Assembly: GCA_977017645.1 (NCBI GenBank)
Contig: OZ360223.1
Coordinates: 139,128,001 to 139,192,000, forward strand
Reading direction: 5' to 3'
Source of the DNA: Torpedo marmorata
Taxonomy: Eukaryota
Length of the DNA: 64,000 nt
Of the stretch, positions 36,348 through 49,150 are shown in pieces. Numbering within the stretch: position 1 is the first letter of the stretch; the number at the start of each line of letters is the position of its first letter. Below the pieces are notes generated by a model, which was given only the letters and a program-made list of their open reading frames with translations, did not search any database and was not told the DNA's origin. The translations under genes and the position numbers were made by a program.

Positions 36348-39300
36348 TTTTTTTTTTGTTTGTTTTTTTAAAATTATTTTATTTAAATTTTTAAATCACA
36401 AAATACATAAATCAAAATATGTAACTTTCAAAATACATGTGATATATATTTCCTCCCCCATACCCTCCCTCCCCTCCCAAACCCCCCCATCCCCACTATT
36501 CTCAAAAAAAGGAATAATAAAAAAAAAGGAAATATATAGTAAAAAAGAAAGAAAGAGAAAGATAGATTAATAGTAAGGGGAGAACCATCTTCAAACTAAT
36601 TTTATCATGGAGGTTAAACTCGCCAATAGACCTGATATCTAGAGATTTCAAATCCTTAAACCCATAACTCTCATATATGGGCTCCAAATTTTCAAAAAAG
36701 AATGAAACTTATTACGTAAATTATAAGTAATCTTTTCCAGTGGAATACACGAACGGAGTTCTGCATGCCACCTATCTAAACTTAAATCTAAATCTGATTT
36801 CCAAGTAATAGCAATACATTTTTTTGAAACAGCTAAAACAATTTGTAAAAATTCTACCTGATACATATTCAATCTATTCCTAATACTAAATTTTCTAATA
36901 TCTCCAAATAAAAATAACATAGGATCCATTGGAAACATAACATTAAAAACTCTGTCTAAAAAATTCTTAACTTTCAACCAAAAATCTTGAATTTTTGGAC
37001 ATGACCATGTAGAATGAACAAAAGAACCTATTTCACTCTTACATCTAAAACACAAATCCGATAACGTCGGATTGAATTTCTTTAATTTTTTTGGTGTTAA
37101 ATATAATTGATGAAAAAAATTATATTGTACTAATCTATATCTAACATTAATAACTTTAGTCATACTTAATTTACATAAATCTTTCCAATGATTTTCAGCT
37201 ATATTCACATTTAAATCTAATTCCCATTTTAATCTTGATTTATGTAATCCTACTTTAGGCATTTTTCTCTGAAATAATTTTTACATTTGAGAAATAAACT
37301 TATTGACATTTGCTTTAGTTATTAATAATTCTAACTCATTTTGTCTTGGTGCAATCAAATCATCCCCTAATTTCTCAATCAAAAAAGCTTTAACTTGATA
37401 ATAAGCTAACCATGTATTATCTAATACATTAAATTTTTCCTTCAATCTTTGAAACGTAACAAATCTTCCAGCCTCAAAACAATCTTTAAAATTCTTAATT
37501 CCTTTTTGAAACCATACTTTCAATAACTAATTATTCATAGTAAATGGTAAAAGTGGATTTTGATATAATGGCATATTTAAAGAAATTAACCCTTTCCCAC
37601 CTATTTCTTTATCTACCTGTGTCCATATTTCCAACAAATGTTTAATAATCGGTGAATTTTTCTTTCTTACTAATAATAATTTAGAATTCCACTTATAAAT
37701 AATATCCTCTTTATAATTTTCTCCTATATTATTTAATTCTATATTAACCCAGGCAGAAGTTTTAGTTAAATCAAAAAATTCATTAACAAATTTTAATTGA
37801 GCTGCTTTATAATAATATTGAAAATGAGGAAGTTGCAATCCTCCCATCTCATAATTCCATGTTAACTTATCCATACTTACTCTTGATAACTTCCCTTTCC
37901 ATAAAAATTTCCTAATAATAAACTTTAAATCTTTTTAAAAAATTTTTGGAATTCCAAAAGGAATTGATTGAAAAAGATATTGAATTCTTGGAAAAATATT
38001 CATCTTAATACAATTTACTCTTCCCATTAAAGTTATAGGCAAATCTTTCCAATTTTCCAAATCTTTCTTTATTTTCGTAAATAAAGGTACATAATTTAAT
38101 TTATATAAATTTTCTAATTTTGTATCCACTTTAACTCCCAAATATTTAATTCCTTCTTTTGCCCACTTAAATTCCGTAACCTCTCTACATCTAGTATAAT
38201 CACCTTGAGATAAAGCCATTATTTCACTTTTATCTGAATTAATTTTATACCCAGATATTTCACCATATTCTGTTAATATAATAGCTAGTTGTTGAAGTGA
38301 TGTAATAGATTTCGTCATATATATTAATACATCATCCGCAAACAAACTAATCTTATGTTCTTCCGTACCTACTTTAATCCCTACTATGTTAGGATCTATC
38401 CTAATCAATTCAGCCAAAGGTTTACCACTTTTCAATGTCGATAAAGCTTCAACTACTTCTCTCATTGTAATAGGTAAATCTAACAAATCTCTATTAAAAT
38501 TATTTAATTTAGGCAATGTAATTTTATATAAAAAATTATCAATTTTTGTAACATCTTGATCAATCTGTGAAGTGTATAAATTCTGATAATATTCTCTAAA
38601 GGAATCGTTTATTTCTTGAGGTTTATAGGTTATTTCACCAGTACTTTTGTTTCTTATAGCATTTATAGTTTTAGAAACTTGTTCTTTTTTTAATTGCCAT
38701 GCTAGAACTTTATGTGCTCTTTCTCCCAATTCATAATATCTTTGTTTTGTTCTACCAATTAATTTTTCTATTTTTCATGTTTGTAATATATTATAATGCA
38801 GTTTTTTCCTAATTAAACGTTGTCTCTTAAAAATTGTTTTATTTCTTTGAAAATCTTTTTCCATAAATTCAATCTCCCCTTCCAATTTTTCTTCTTCTTT
38901 CAAATAATCTTTTCTAATTTTTGCCGAGAAACTTATTATCAAACCTCTTAAATATGCTTTTAAAGATTCCCAAATTATAAATCTATCATTAACTGAATTA
39001 TTATTAATTCTTAAAAATTCCTTAATTTCTTTTCTTATATATTCACAAAAGTCTTTTCTATTTGATAAAGAAGAATCTAATCTCCAATTATATACAGTTT
39101 TTTCTTTCTCTGGAATTATACATATCATTAACAAAGGTGAATGATCTGAGATTATTCTTGCTTTATAAGATATTTGAGTTACTCTGTCCTGAACTTGTGA
39201 AGATATCAAAAACAAATCAATCCTTGAAAATGAATTATGTCTAAAAGAATAAAATGAATAATCTTTTTCTCTAGGATTTAACTTCCTCCAGATATCTACC

Positions 39301-42300
39301 AGATTCAGGTCATCCATTAAATTAATAATTCTTTTAACTATTTTAGGTCTAACAGATGTTCTAGTAGTTTTGTCCATATTTGCATTAAGACAACAATTAA
39401 AATCTCCACCAATTAAAATATTTTCCTTAGCCTCAGATAAATGTAAAAAAGTATCTTGAATAAATTGTTCATCATCTGGATTTGTAACATATAGATTTTA
39501 AAAAGTCCATGTTTCTGAATAAATTTGACAATGTACTAAAACATATCTACCAGCTATATCGGTCACTACTGATTGTATTTTAAATGGTAATTTTTTATTA
39601 ACTAAAATCGCTACACCTCTCGCTTTAGAATTAAAAGATGAAGCTACTACATGTCCCACCCATTCTCTCTTTAACTTTTGATGTTCCTTATCAGTCAAAT
39701 GTGTTTCCTGTAAAAAAGCTATATCTACTTTCAATTTTTTAATATGTGCCAAAGTTTTTTTCCTCTTAATTGGATTATTAAGCCCATTAACATTAATACT
39801 TACAAAATTTATACTTCTAGAATCCACCATGACTAAACTTTAAACATTCTCTATCTGTCAGATCCACTGGCATCTCCCTCCTAATCTGTTGATCACATAT
39901 TTTCTCCTCAAATAGAATGGAAAAACAGAAAAGTAAGAAAAAATAATAGCCCATAAATAACACCAGATTATATACCCCAGTGTCACCCCCCTCCGTCGCT
40001 CGAGAAGCGGTTCTCACCGCTAAGGTAGTGGTGGTTTCGGAAAAAGTCCCAATGAGTCCACCTCCCCCAAACAGATAATTATTCATACAACTTGTATTCA
40101 ATTAACTCCTCCCAAATTTTCACAATCTCCTTCTATTTGAACCAAAGCAGCTTCTTCAGTTATCAAACCAAGTATCTCGTTGTCCCGACTTGCTTGATCT
40201 TCTTGCATTTGTTGAACAGAGACCGAAGGATAGATCCTTCTCAAACGCGGAAGATTTCTCGCATGGAAAAGAGCTTGCCCAGGGTCCATAAATAATAAAG
40301 AATTGTCACCATCATTTTGAACCCTCAAAATCGCCGGATATTTAAACGAAAATTTATAACCTTTATCCCACAATATTGCCTTTGCAGGATTAAATTCTTT
40401 ATGTTGTTTGACCACCATAGGACTTAAATCAGGATAGAAGAGAACTCTACTATCTTGAATCATCATCGGAGCTCCATGATCTCGTGCATATTGAATCACT
40501 GATCTTAAAATTTTCTCTCTGTCTTGATACCTTAAACACTTTATCAAGATTGGACGTGGTCTCCGATCTTGCTGATTTCTTCTTCCAATCCTATGAGCTC
40601 GCTCAAGCTCCACTGGTTGGTCAAACTCAAAAGTCTGTTTCAACCAATCTTGAAAAAATTGAGTTGTATCCATAGTCTCAGTATTTTCAGGTAATCCCAA
40701 TATTTTCACATTATTTCTGCGACTTTGATTTTCCATCTGATCTATCTTCTGTGTCAAATAATCTCTTTGCTTTTCCCATCCAACAAAAGTATCTTCCATT
40801 TTATCCACTCTATCTCTACAGTCTTCAACTTCATGCTTATTAGATTCAATCTCCTCTTCTATTTCTTAACTCTTACATCCACTTTACGTACAATATTTTC
40901 CATTTTTCCCATATTCTGTTTCATTTCTATAAATTCATCTTGTATTTTTTGTTCAATCTTACCTATGGCCATATTAAGTTTAACTTCCATTTTTCCTTCT
41001 AATTTAGCAATAGCCTGTAAAATACTCTCTTGACTATTTTTTACTAACCAAAATTGCAAAATCTCCTGGTGATGATGGATTTCCGATAGAGTTTTATAAG
41101 AAGTTTAAAGATTTACTGATACCTATATATATGGAAGTATTGACTCAAATAAAGGAAACTCATTTATTACCGAAAACATTTTTAAATGCTGTTATTACAG
41201 TTATACCAAAGAAAGATAGAGATGTATTAAAAACTGAGTCATACAGACCTATATCACTGTTGAATGTAGATTATAAATTAATGGCAAAAATTTTGACAAA
41301 CAGATTAGCTAAGTTTTTACCGCTTTTAATAGATTCAGATCAAGCAGGATTTATTAAAAATAGATAGTCAAAGGATAATATAGCAAGATTAATAAGTTTA
41401 ATTAATTTGCAAAAAAGGAAACAGGATTTACCGTTGGTGATAACATTAGATGCAGAAAAAGCATTTGATAGATTAGAATGGAATTTTTTATTTAAGGTTT
41501 TAGAGAAATATGGGTTTGGAAATACTTTTATAAATTGGATTAAGACTATATATAAGGAACCTACAGCAAGAGTAATTACAAATGGTCAGATATCATCTAA
41601 ATTTTCCTTGACGCGATCAACAAGACAAGGATGTCCTTTATCACCTGCTTTATTTGTATTGGCAATAGAACCGCTAGCTGAAATGATTAGGAAAGATATC
41701 AATATAAATGGGATTAAAGTAGGTGCAGAAGAGCATAAAATTAGTTTATTTGCAGATGATGTATTAATATATATGACAAAATCTATTGGATCGCTTCAAC
41801 AATTAGCTAAGATACTGAGGGAGCATGGTGAGATATCTGGTTATAAAATAAATTCAGATAAGAGTGAAATAATGGCTTTATCTCAAGGAGATTATACTAA
41901 ATGTAAAGAAGTTACAGGATTTAAATGGGCTAAAGAAGCAATTAAATATTTGGGAGTTAAAGTAGATACAAAATTGGAAAATTTATATAAATTAAATTAT
42001 ATACCTCTATTTCAGAAAATAAAGAAAGATTTGGAAAATTTGAAAGATTTATCTATAACCCTAATGGGAAGAGTGAATTGTATTAAAATGAATATCTTTC
42101 CAAGAGTTCAATATCTTTTTCAATCTATACCTTTTGGAATTCCTCAAAAATTTTTTAAAGATTTAAAAATCATTGTTAGAAAATTTTTATGGAAAGGAAA
42201 ATTAGCAAGGGTAAGTATGGATAAATTAACTTGGGAATATGAGATGGGTGGATTACAACTCCCCAATTTTCAATATTATTATAAGGCAGCACAATTAAAG

Positions 42301-44249
42301 TTTATTAATGAATTTTTTGATTTAACTAAATCTACTGCTTGGATTAATATAGAATTGAATAATATAGGGGAAAGATATAAGGAAGATATTATTTATAAAT
42401 GGAATTCTAAATTATTATTAGTTAAAAAGAAAAAATCACCGATTATTAAACATTTATTGGAAATCTGGACTCAGTTAGACAATGAGATAGGACGAAAAGG
42501 GTCATTATCTTTGAATATGCCATTGTATCAGAATTTATTGTTACCTTTTTCTATTGATAATCAATTTTTAAAACTATGGTTTCAAAAAGGAATTAAGAAG
42601 ATTAAAGATTGTTTTGAAGCTGGAAGATTTGTTACATTCTCGAGGTTGAAAGAAAAATTTGGAATAATGGATAATACGATTTTGGCTTATTATCAGGTTA
42701 AAGGATTTTTAGTTGAGAAATTGGGGAATCAATTAATAACTCCTAGACAGGATGGATTAGAATTATTAATTACTAATGGAAATGTTAACAAGTTTATATC
42801 ACAAATGTATAGATTACTTCAGAGAAAGATGCCAAAGGTAGGATTGCATAAATCAAGATTAAATTGGGAATCAGATTTAAATATTAGTATAGATGAAAAA
42901 CATTGGAAAGAATTATGTAAATTGAGTATGACTAAAATTATTAATGTTAGATATAGATTAGTACAATATAATTTTTTTCATCAATTATATTTAACACCTA
43001 AAAAATTAAAGAAATTTAATCCGGCACTATCAGATATGTGTTTTAGATGTAGGGATGAAATAGGTTCTTTTGTACACTGTACATGGTCATGTTTAAAAAT
43101 TCAAAATTTTTGGTCTAAAGTTAAGGATTTTTTGGATAGAATTTTTAATATTACGGTTCCAATGGACCCTATGTTATTTTTATTTGGAGATATTAAAAAA
43201 TTTAGTATTAGAAATAGATTGAATATGTATCAAATAGAATTTTTACGAATTGTTTTAGCGGTTTCAAAAAAATGTATCGCTATTACTTGGAAATCAGATT
43301 TAGATTTGAGTTTAGATAGATTACATGCAGAATTACGTTCTTGTATACCATTGGAAAAAATTACATATAATTTATGTGATAAATATCATTTCATTTTGAA
43401 AATTTGGAGCCCATATATGAGAATTATGGGTATGAATTAATTCTCTAGAAGTTGGTACCGCTGGCAAAAATAACCTCCAATATATAAATAGAATTAGCTT
43501 GTAATTTGTTTTCTCCTCACTTTAACTCTTTAATTCTTTATTATTCAACTCTTTTCTTTTTTTTTCTTTATAACTAACATTCTTTTTTTTTCTTCTTTTT
43601 TTTTTAGAATAGAGCTGGGAGGTTGGGGAGGGGAGGGTGGGAGGGGGGAGGTAATATATCACATGTATTTTAAATGATATACTATTTTTGATTCATGTAT
43701 TTTGTGATTTTAAAATTTAAATAAAATTATTTAAAAAAAAAAAATTCAGCCAAAGGTTCTATTGCCAAAACAAATAGGGCTGGTGATAAGGGGCATCCCT
43801 GCCTCGTAGAACGTGTTAAAGGAAATTTTGGCGATATTTGTCCATTTGTAATTACTTTAGCTGTAGATTCTCTATATATAGTTTTAATCCAATTTATAAA
43901 AATATTCCCAAAACCAAATTTCTCTAACACCTTAAATAAAAAATTCCATTCTAATCTAGCAAAGGCCTTTTCTGCATCCAACGTTACCACCAGTGGTAAA
44001 TCCTGTTTCTTTTTATGTAAATTAATTAAACTTAGTAATCTAGCTATATTATCTTTTGAATATCTATTTTTAATAAAGCCAGCTTGATCTGAATGTATCA
44101 AATTTGGTAAATATTTAGCTATTCTATTAGCCAAAATTTTTGCCATTATTTTATAATCTACATTTAATAAAGAAATAGGACTATATGACTCAGTTTTTAA
44201 TACATCTCTATCTTTCTTTGGTATAACTGTAATAATAGCATTCAAAAAT
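36348..44249 (-). mobile_element. Middle L1 (pieces 36348-38422 and 43743-44249), 5'-truncated in the RT domain
   Basis: ORF 43727-44245 ends IEPLAE and continues as PLAELIRIDP at 38420, across the TSD AATTCAGCCAAAGGTT. PolyT at 36348. Confidence 0.9.
38423..43742 (+). mobile_element. Inner near-full-length L1 with 5' inversion: ORF1, spacer and ORF2 N-half inverted (38423-41060, minus); ORF2 C-half, 3' UTR and polyA direct (41061-43742)
   Basis: ORF1 motifs ENQSRRNNVKILGLPE, ELERAHR, FYPDLS and YPAILRV. The inverted part ends ..LKSGK and the direct part starts KSPGDDGF. 677-aa ORF at 41407-43440. 16-bp TSD at 38407-38422 and 43743-43758. Confidence 0.93.
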
Positions 44250-45264
44250 ATATAGGCTCCATATTTTCAAAAAGAAATAATATTTGTTACGTAAATTATA
44301 AGTAATTTTTTCAAGTGGTATAGCTGAATGAATTTCTACATGCCATCTCTCTAACCCTAAATCTACGTCAGATTTCCATGTAATAGCAATGCATTTCTTA
44401 GAAACAGCTAAAGCAATTCGCAAAAATTCTATTTGATACATATTTAATCTCATTTTAGTACTAATTCTTTTAATATCTCCAAACAGAAATATCATAGGAT
44501 CCATTGGGAGTATAATTCTTAACACTTTGACTAAAAACTTTTTAACTTTCAACCAAAAATCATATATCTTTGGACAAAGCCATGTTGAGTGTACAAAAGA
44601 ACCTTCCTCTCTATTACATCTAAAACATAAACCTGATAATGTCAGATTAAATTTCTTTAATTTCTTAGGTGTTAAATATAATTGATGCAAAAAGTTATAT
44701 TGCACCAACCTATATCTAACGTTAATAATCTTCGTCATACTTTGTTTACATATTTCTTTCCAATGCTCCTCATCTATTGTTACATTCAAATCTGATTCCT
44801 ATTTTAATCTTGATTTATGAATTCCTAATTTAGGTATTTTTCTCTGTAACAGTTTATACGTTTGAGAAATAAATTTGTTTACACCTCCATTAGTACCTAT
44901 AATTCCAATTCACTTTGTCTTGGTAAAGTCAATCTATAACCCAACCTTTCAACTAAAAATGCTCTAATTTGATAATAAGCAAAAAGTGTATTATTTAATA
45001 CATTAAACTTCTCTTTCATTCTTTGAAATGTAATAAATTTACTAGCTTCAAAACAATCATCTATTTTTTAAATTCCTTGTTGAAACCAAATTTTAAATAA
45101 TTGATTATCAATAGTAAATGGAATAAGTTTATTTTGATATAAAGGCATTTTTTTCGAGAAATTAATCCTTTCCCTCCTATCTCCCTATCCACTCTGTTCC
45201 ATATTTCTAACAAATGTTTTAAAATACTGACAAAAAAACAAGACAAGACACTCGAGTGAAACAA

Positions 45265-45610
45265 TGCTGGTTGTAGCTCTTTATGTTGGCTTTATAAGTG
45301 GCTTCATGGAGGTGAGAATGAAGAAGTAGTTTGGTCCAGGTTACAGAACAGGTGGAGTAAAATAGTATTGTCGGTCTTTTCAAAGGTACTTTGAAAAGAG
45401 GGAGGGTTTCACACGCTTCCTCTGTGGATGTGGCCGACCAGCTGGATGTCCGTCAGCGCGGTGACCGGTGGCGAAAGGGTGGTCCATAGGTTGATGTGTC
45501 AGAGCCTCACCAGGAAAGCCAGGGTCCCTGCACACCCATGACAGATGAGCTCTGGGAGGGCAGGTCTTTTCGGACGTCCTCAGCAATCTCTCAGACCAGG
45601 CGCTGGAAGG
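45265..45610 (-). pseudogene. Histone H3 fold remnant
   Basis: Minus strand reads SFQRLV*EIAEDVRKDLPSQSSSVMGVQ...FLVRL*HINLW..PVTALTDIQLVGHIHRG. Decayed stem-loop at ~45288-45303, followed by AAAGAGCTACAACC. Confidence 0.88.
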
Positions 45611-45915
45611 AGTTTAAGACCACAAGTTATAGGAGCAGAAATAGGCTATTCAGCCCATTGAGTCTGCCCCACCATTCAATCATGAGCTGATCCATTTTCC
45701 CACTCAGCCTCGCTGCCCAGCCTTCTCCCCATAACATTTGATGCTCTGGCTAATCAATCTCTGCCTTAAATACACCCAATAATTTGGCCCCCACAACCGC
45801 ATGTGGCAACAAATTCCAAAGATTCACCACCCTCTAGCTGAAGACATTTCTTCATATCTCTGTTCTAAGCAGATGCCCTACACGATGGGCTGAATAGCTT
45901 CTTTCTGTTTTTATG

Positions 45916-46161
45916 GTCAACAGCACCAATAGCCTGAATACGACTGGGGTGTCTGATCTCAGAAGCTAAGCAGGCACAGGACTGGTCAGTACTTGGAGGG
46001 GAGACCGCCGAGGAACACCAGGTGCTGTAGGTTTCTGTGAGGGGCGCTGGACAAAGTAACGACCCACTGTCTGCCTTACGGTTGACAAAAATTAAAGAAT
46101 TTCATGTATGTTACATTCTAAATGTAGTATTACGTTCCAATAATGCAACCTTTAACCTTTA
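45916..46161 (+). mobile_element. 5S rRNA-derived SINE (SINE3-like), second copy
   Basis: 5S-like head (TCTGATCTCAGAAGCTAAGCAGG..GTACTTGGAGGGGAGACCGCC..GGTGCTGTAGG) and the same tail as 27333-27556. Confidence 0.85.
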
Positions 46162-46499
46162 AGGTGGTATGTGAGTGGAATAAAAAAGGTTGAGAACCAC
46201 TGGCCCAGGTGCAGCTCGGGACTTTTGAAATGTTTGTACCAATCTTTCAAATCATTTTTTCAATTTATTTACAGCACGGTAGAAACAGATTCCGGCCATT
46301 TAAACCGGTGCCGCCCAATTACACCCAAATTAACCTACAGCCTGTGGTTGTGTGAACATTAATGGCAGGAGTTGGTTTATAGTTCAGCAAATAGTCGCTG
46401 ATGTGGAGATGACGCGTGCACCTTGTACTCGATCGAGCGCAATTAAACTGTGAACATAAATAGAGAACAAAAAAAGACAAGACACTCGTGTGGAACAAT

Positions 46500-46720
46500 G
46501 CTGGTTGTCGCTCTTTACGTTTTATCTGATGCCATGTATGTACTCTGACAATAAACCTGAACTTTGAGCTTTTGAACGTTGGCTCTTAGAAGTGCCTTTG
46601 TGGGGCTGAGAATGAGGAAGGTCCAAGTTGGTGTCCTGCAGGTCCATGACGGCGGACCAGGTCTGTCTTGATTTGTGGAGGAGCAGCCCGTTGAATTGAC
46701 TGCGGCACACTCGAGGGGTG
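46500..46720 (-). pseudogene. Internally deleted H3 remnant with stem-loop
   Basis: GLLLHK..SAVMDLQDTNL. Stem-loop GGCACTTCTAAGAGCC at 46581-46596. A ~55-bp LINE 3' tail with an ACGTT duplication sits between stem-loop and HDE. Confidence 0.72.
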
Positions 46721-47124
46721 CTTTATTTATCATTGGCATCAAGATAAATTTCCTCAATTTGGTGAACCTTTTTAAAGTCGCAATGTACCCCGCGACCGGC
46801 ACTGTGAAAGCACACAAGTGTTCTTACAGGAATGGTTGCAGAGAAAATCGATTCTCGCCGGGAAATTTAGATGAAAGGGCCAGCCTCAAAATCAGAGGGC
46901 AAGACTATCGAGTTCCCATCCAAACAAATTTCCCACAAAAGTTGGACTTTTGATATCTGGGTACCATTCCTTCAAAACATATACCTAAAATTATGAGAAT
47001 ATTGTCGCTGCGGTATATATGACGTGCGCACCTCGTACCCACTAGTACGCAATTAAACGTTGAATTATATTATTATTATCGACTTATAGAGACTAAAGAA
47101 AAATACACTGGTGAGGAATAATGC

Positions 47125-47390
47125 TGGTTATAACTCTTTACGTTGGCTCTTGTAAGTGCCTTTGCGGGGCTGAGAATGAGAAGGTGGGTTAGGTCCGAGT
47201 TGGCGTCTTCACAGAGGTTCACCCGTTAAATCACACGGTCCACGACCGAGTCAAACCAAGGCTTGATTTAAGGCGGAGCAGCTCAATGGCTTCCCCGTAA
47301 TTCAGATCAACAGTGGCAGTGAGATACTCCGGAATGACGGGGGCACCTTCGACGGGTGTTTTAGTCATCATTGCCATTGAGATAAATTTC
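47125..47390 (-). pseudogene. Mosaic histone remnant (H2A-like, then H3-like pieces) with stem-loop/HDE
   Basis: GAPVIPEYLTA (H2A: GAPVYLAAVLEYLTA), YGEAIELLR (H3: [10 protein letters not shown]), VNLCEDAN (H3: VGLFEDTN). Stem-loop at 47145-47160, then AAAGAGTTATAACC. Confidence 0.6.
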
Positions 47391-47760
47391 TCCAATTAAG
47401 TGAACTTTATTACATTCAGTCTGACACGATGTTGAGAATCAAAGACCAGAGGTAGATATTAGCGGAACATTCGGGGACGGTGACCGCGCGGCGTAATGGC
47501 CCTGAGATCGGTGTGGAATAGGATCTATGAATAGTGGAGCAGGCGGAAATGTTAGTCACGACTAGTTATGCATTTACGAGTAAATGACCCCACTTTCTAT
47601 TCGCCCTCAAGACGAAAATATTCCTGAAAGTAACCACGACTCTACCACGCGCGCGATCCGACTCGATCGCAATTCAAAGTTAGGAATAAATAAAAACTCA
47701 GAGACAAAACAAGCACACAAGAGATTCTCAGGTGGGAAAAAATAGATGGATCGTGTTTTC

Positions 47761-48030
47761 AGAGCTCTTAAAAGAACCTTTGTTTGTTTGAGGTGAGCTC
47801 GGGAGTCAGGCACCTCCCCGTGGCTGCGGCGGACCAGCTGGGTGTCTGGGTCCCTGCAGCTCGGTGACGGATCGGGGAATTTCAGGTGGTGCCGGGTCTC
47901 CTTCAGGACCGTGGCGGTGGATCGGCAGCAGCGAGGCTTCTTCACGCAGACACCGCCTCAGTCGCCAGTCGCTCAGGTCGATCTGCTTGGTTCCCGCCAC
48001 CTTTCCTCCTCCGATGGTCCAGGGTGAAGA
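47761..48030 (-). pseudogene. Histone H3 pseudogene with internal deletion
   Basis: GTGGCGGGAACCAAGCAG (MARTKQ-like), VKKPRCCRSTATVLKETRHHLK (H3: [22 protein letters not shown]), DTQLVRRSHGE (H3: [11 protein letters not shown]). Stem-loop AAAGGTTCTTTTAAGAGCTC at ~47762-47781. Confidence 0.85.
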
Positions 48031-48430
48031 CTGGCACCGCACCTCGCAATTTGATTGGCTGTCTTTCACACCGTGGCATTCCCGCCTCATCGTTGATCGG
48101 ACCGCAGTCTCTGGGGTTTGAACCGAAGCTCAACATGATCTGCTGGAGGAACTCAGCAGATGAAGCAGTATTGCTGGGAGAAAAAGAATGATCAACGTTT
48201 CGAGCCTGAGCCCCTTATCCAGATTGAGGTGTTTCTGCTCGAAACGTCGACGATTCTTTTTTCTCTCACAGATTCTGCTGCACCCGCTGAGTTCTTCCAG
48301 CAGATTGTGTTTAGCTTCCCATTCCAGCATCTGCAGTCTCGTGTGTGTTTTGGGTTTAAACCGAATCTGATCAGGGAATTGATGCCTTGGAAATCAATCG
48401 TGCGGATTGAGATATCCCGCCAACTTCAGA
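48031..48430 (-). promoter_or_regulatory. Putative promoter of the 47.9k H3-like copy, interrupted by a repeat at 48128-48350
   Basis: CCAAT at 48054-48058, GGCGGGAA at ~48079-48086 and TTGGCGGGA at ~48415-48423. Colinear with 50885-51060. Confidence 0.55.
48128..48350. mobile_element. Palindromic element of the Penelope-like terminal-repeat type
   Basis: CTGCTGGAGGAACTCAGC...GCTGAGTTCTTCCAGCAG inverted arms, CGAAACG motifs on both strands, flanked by duplicated GGGTTT(G/A)AACCGAA. Confidence 0.6.
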
Positions 48431-48569
48431 GCAACAATATTGAGAAGATTTAGTTTTGCACATATCAAATAGTTTGTGACTAGAAACGCTGTGGGTCCCG
48501 CGCTGTGCCAGACAAGTAACTGGTCATTGGATATGGGGTGCTCTCAGTGTTGCTGTATCTGACAAAGTT

Positions 48570-49150
48570 CAGAGTCAGAGAGTTATGCAGCTCGAAAATA
48601 GGTTGTTCAGCCCAGCATGTCCATGCTGACCCAGTTGTCCAACTGAGCTCCTCTCATTTTCCTACGTCTGGCTCACACCCCTTTAAATCTTTCTGTGCAT
48701 CCATCCAGCTATGGTTTAAACTTGGTAATTATATCCACCTCCAGTTTCCTCTGCAGTTCCTTCCATCTGTCCACCAGCTCATGTGGAAAAAGTAGCCCCT
48801 CAGGACCCTTTAACATCTTTCTGCTATCCCCTTAATTCACTGTATTTATACCCCTCTTGATTTTATATCCCACTATAATAAGGTCACCCCTCTGCCTCCT
48901 TCCCTCCAAAGAAAAAGCCACAGCCTAACCAGTCTTTCCGCACAAGTCAATCCCTTCTCTTCGAGCACCATTGTTGTGAATCACTATCTGCTAATAGATC
49001 TAATAGAATTATGGTCACTTGTTCAGAAGTGCTCCCCCACTGATACTTTAGTCACTTGCCCTGCCTCATTTCCCAATAGGAAGTCTCGTGTGATGCCCCT
49101 TCTCCAGCAGGGCTATATAAAAATAGCTTGAAATAACTTTCCTTGACACC
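48570..49150 (-). mobile_element. Degenerate CR1 3' fragment
   Basis: Reverse complement resembles the CR1 ORF2 end and 3' UTR seen at 33520-33990. Confidence 0.55.

Larger units (their letters stand above)
36066..45220 (-). mobile_element. Outer L1 of a three-level nest (pieces ~36066-36347 and ~44250-45220)
   Basis: The right piece ends ..FFLKIWSLYI and the left piece supplies (K)TVGLRI* plus the 3' UTR. Confidence 0.85.

Noticed and set aside
36348-41060. A single full-length minus-strand L1 with an RT deletion
   Set aside because: The TSD at 38407/43743 shows it is two elements; the apparent deletion is an insertion junction.
41407-43440. Active L1 or domesticated RT gene
   Set aside because: The 5' half is inverted, there is a stop at 41365, and the endonuclease part is disrupted.
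45916-46035. Functional 5S rRNA gene (also 27440-27556)
   Set aside because: Diverged 5' end, a shared non-5S tail, and dispersed rather than arrayed.
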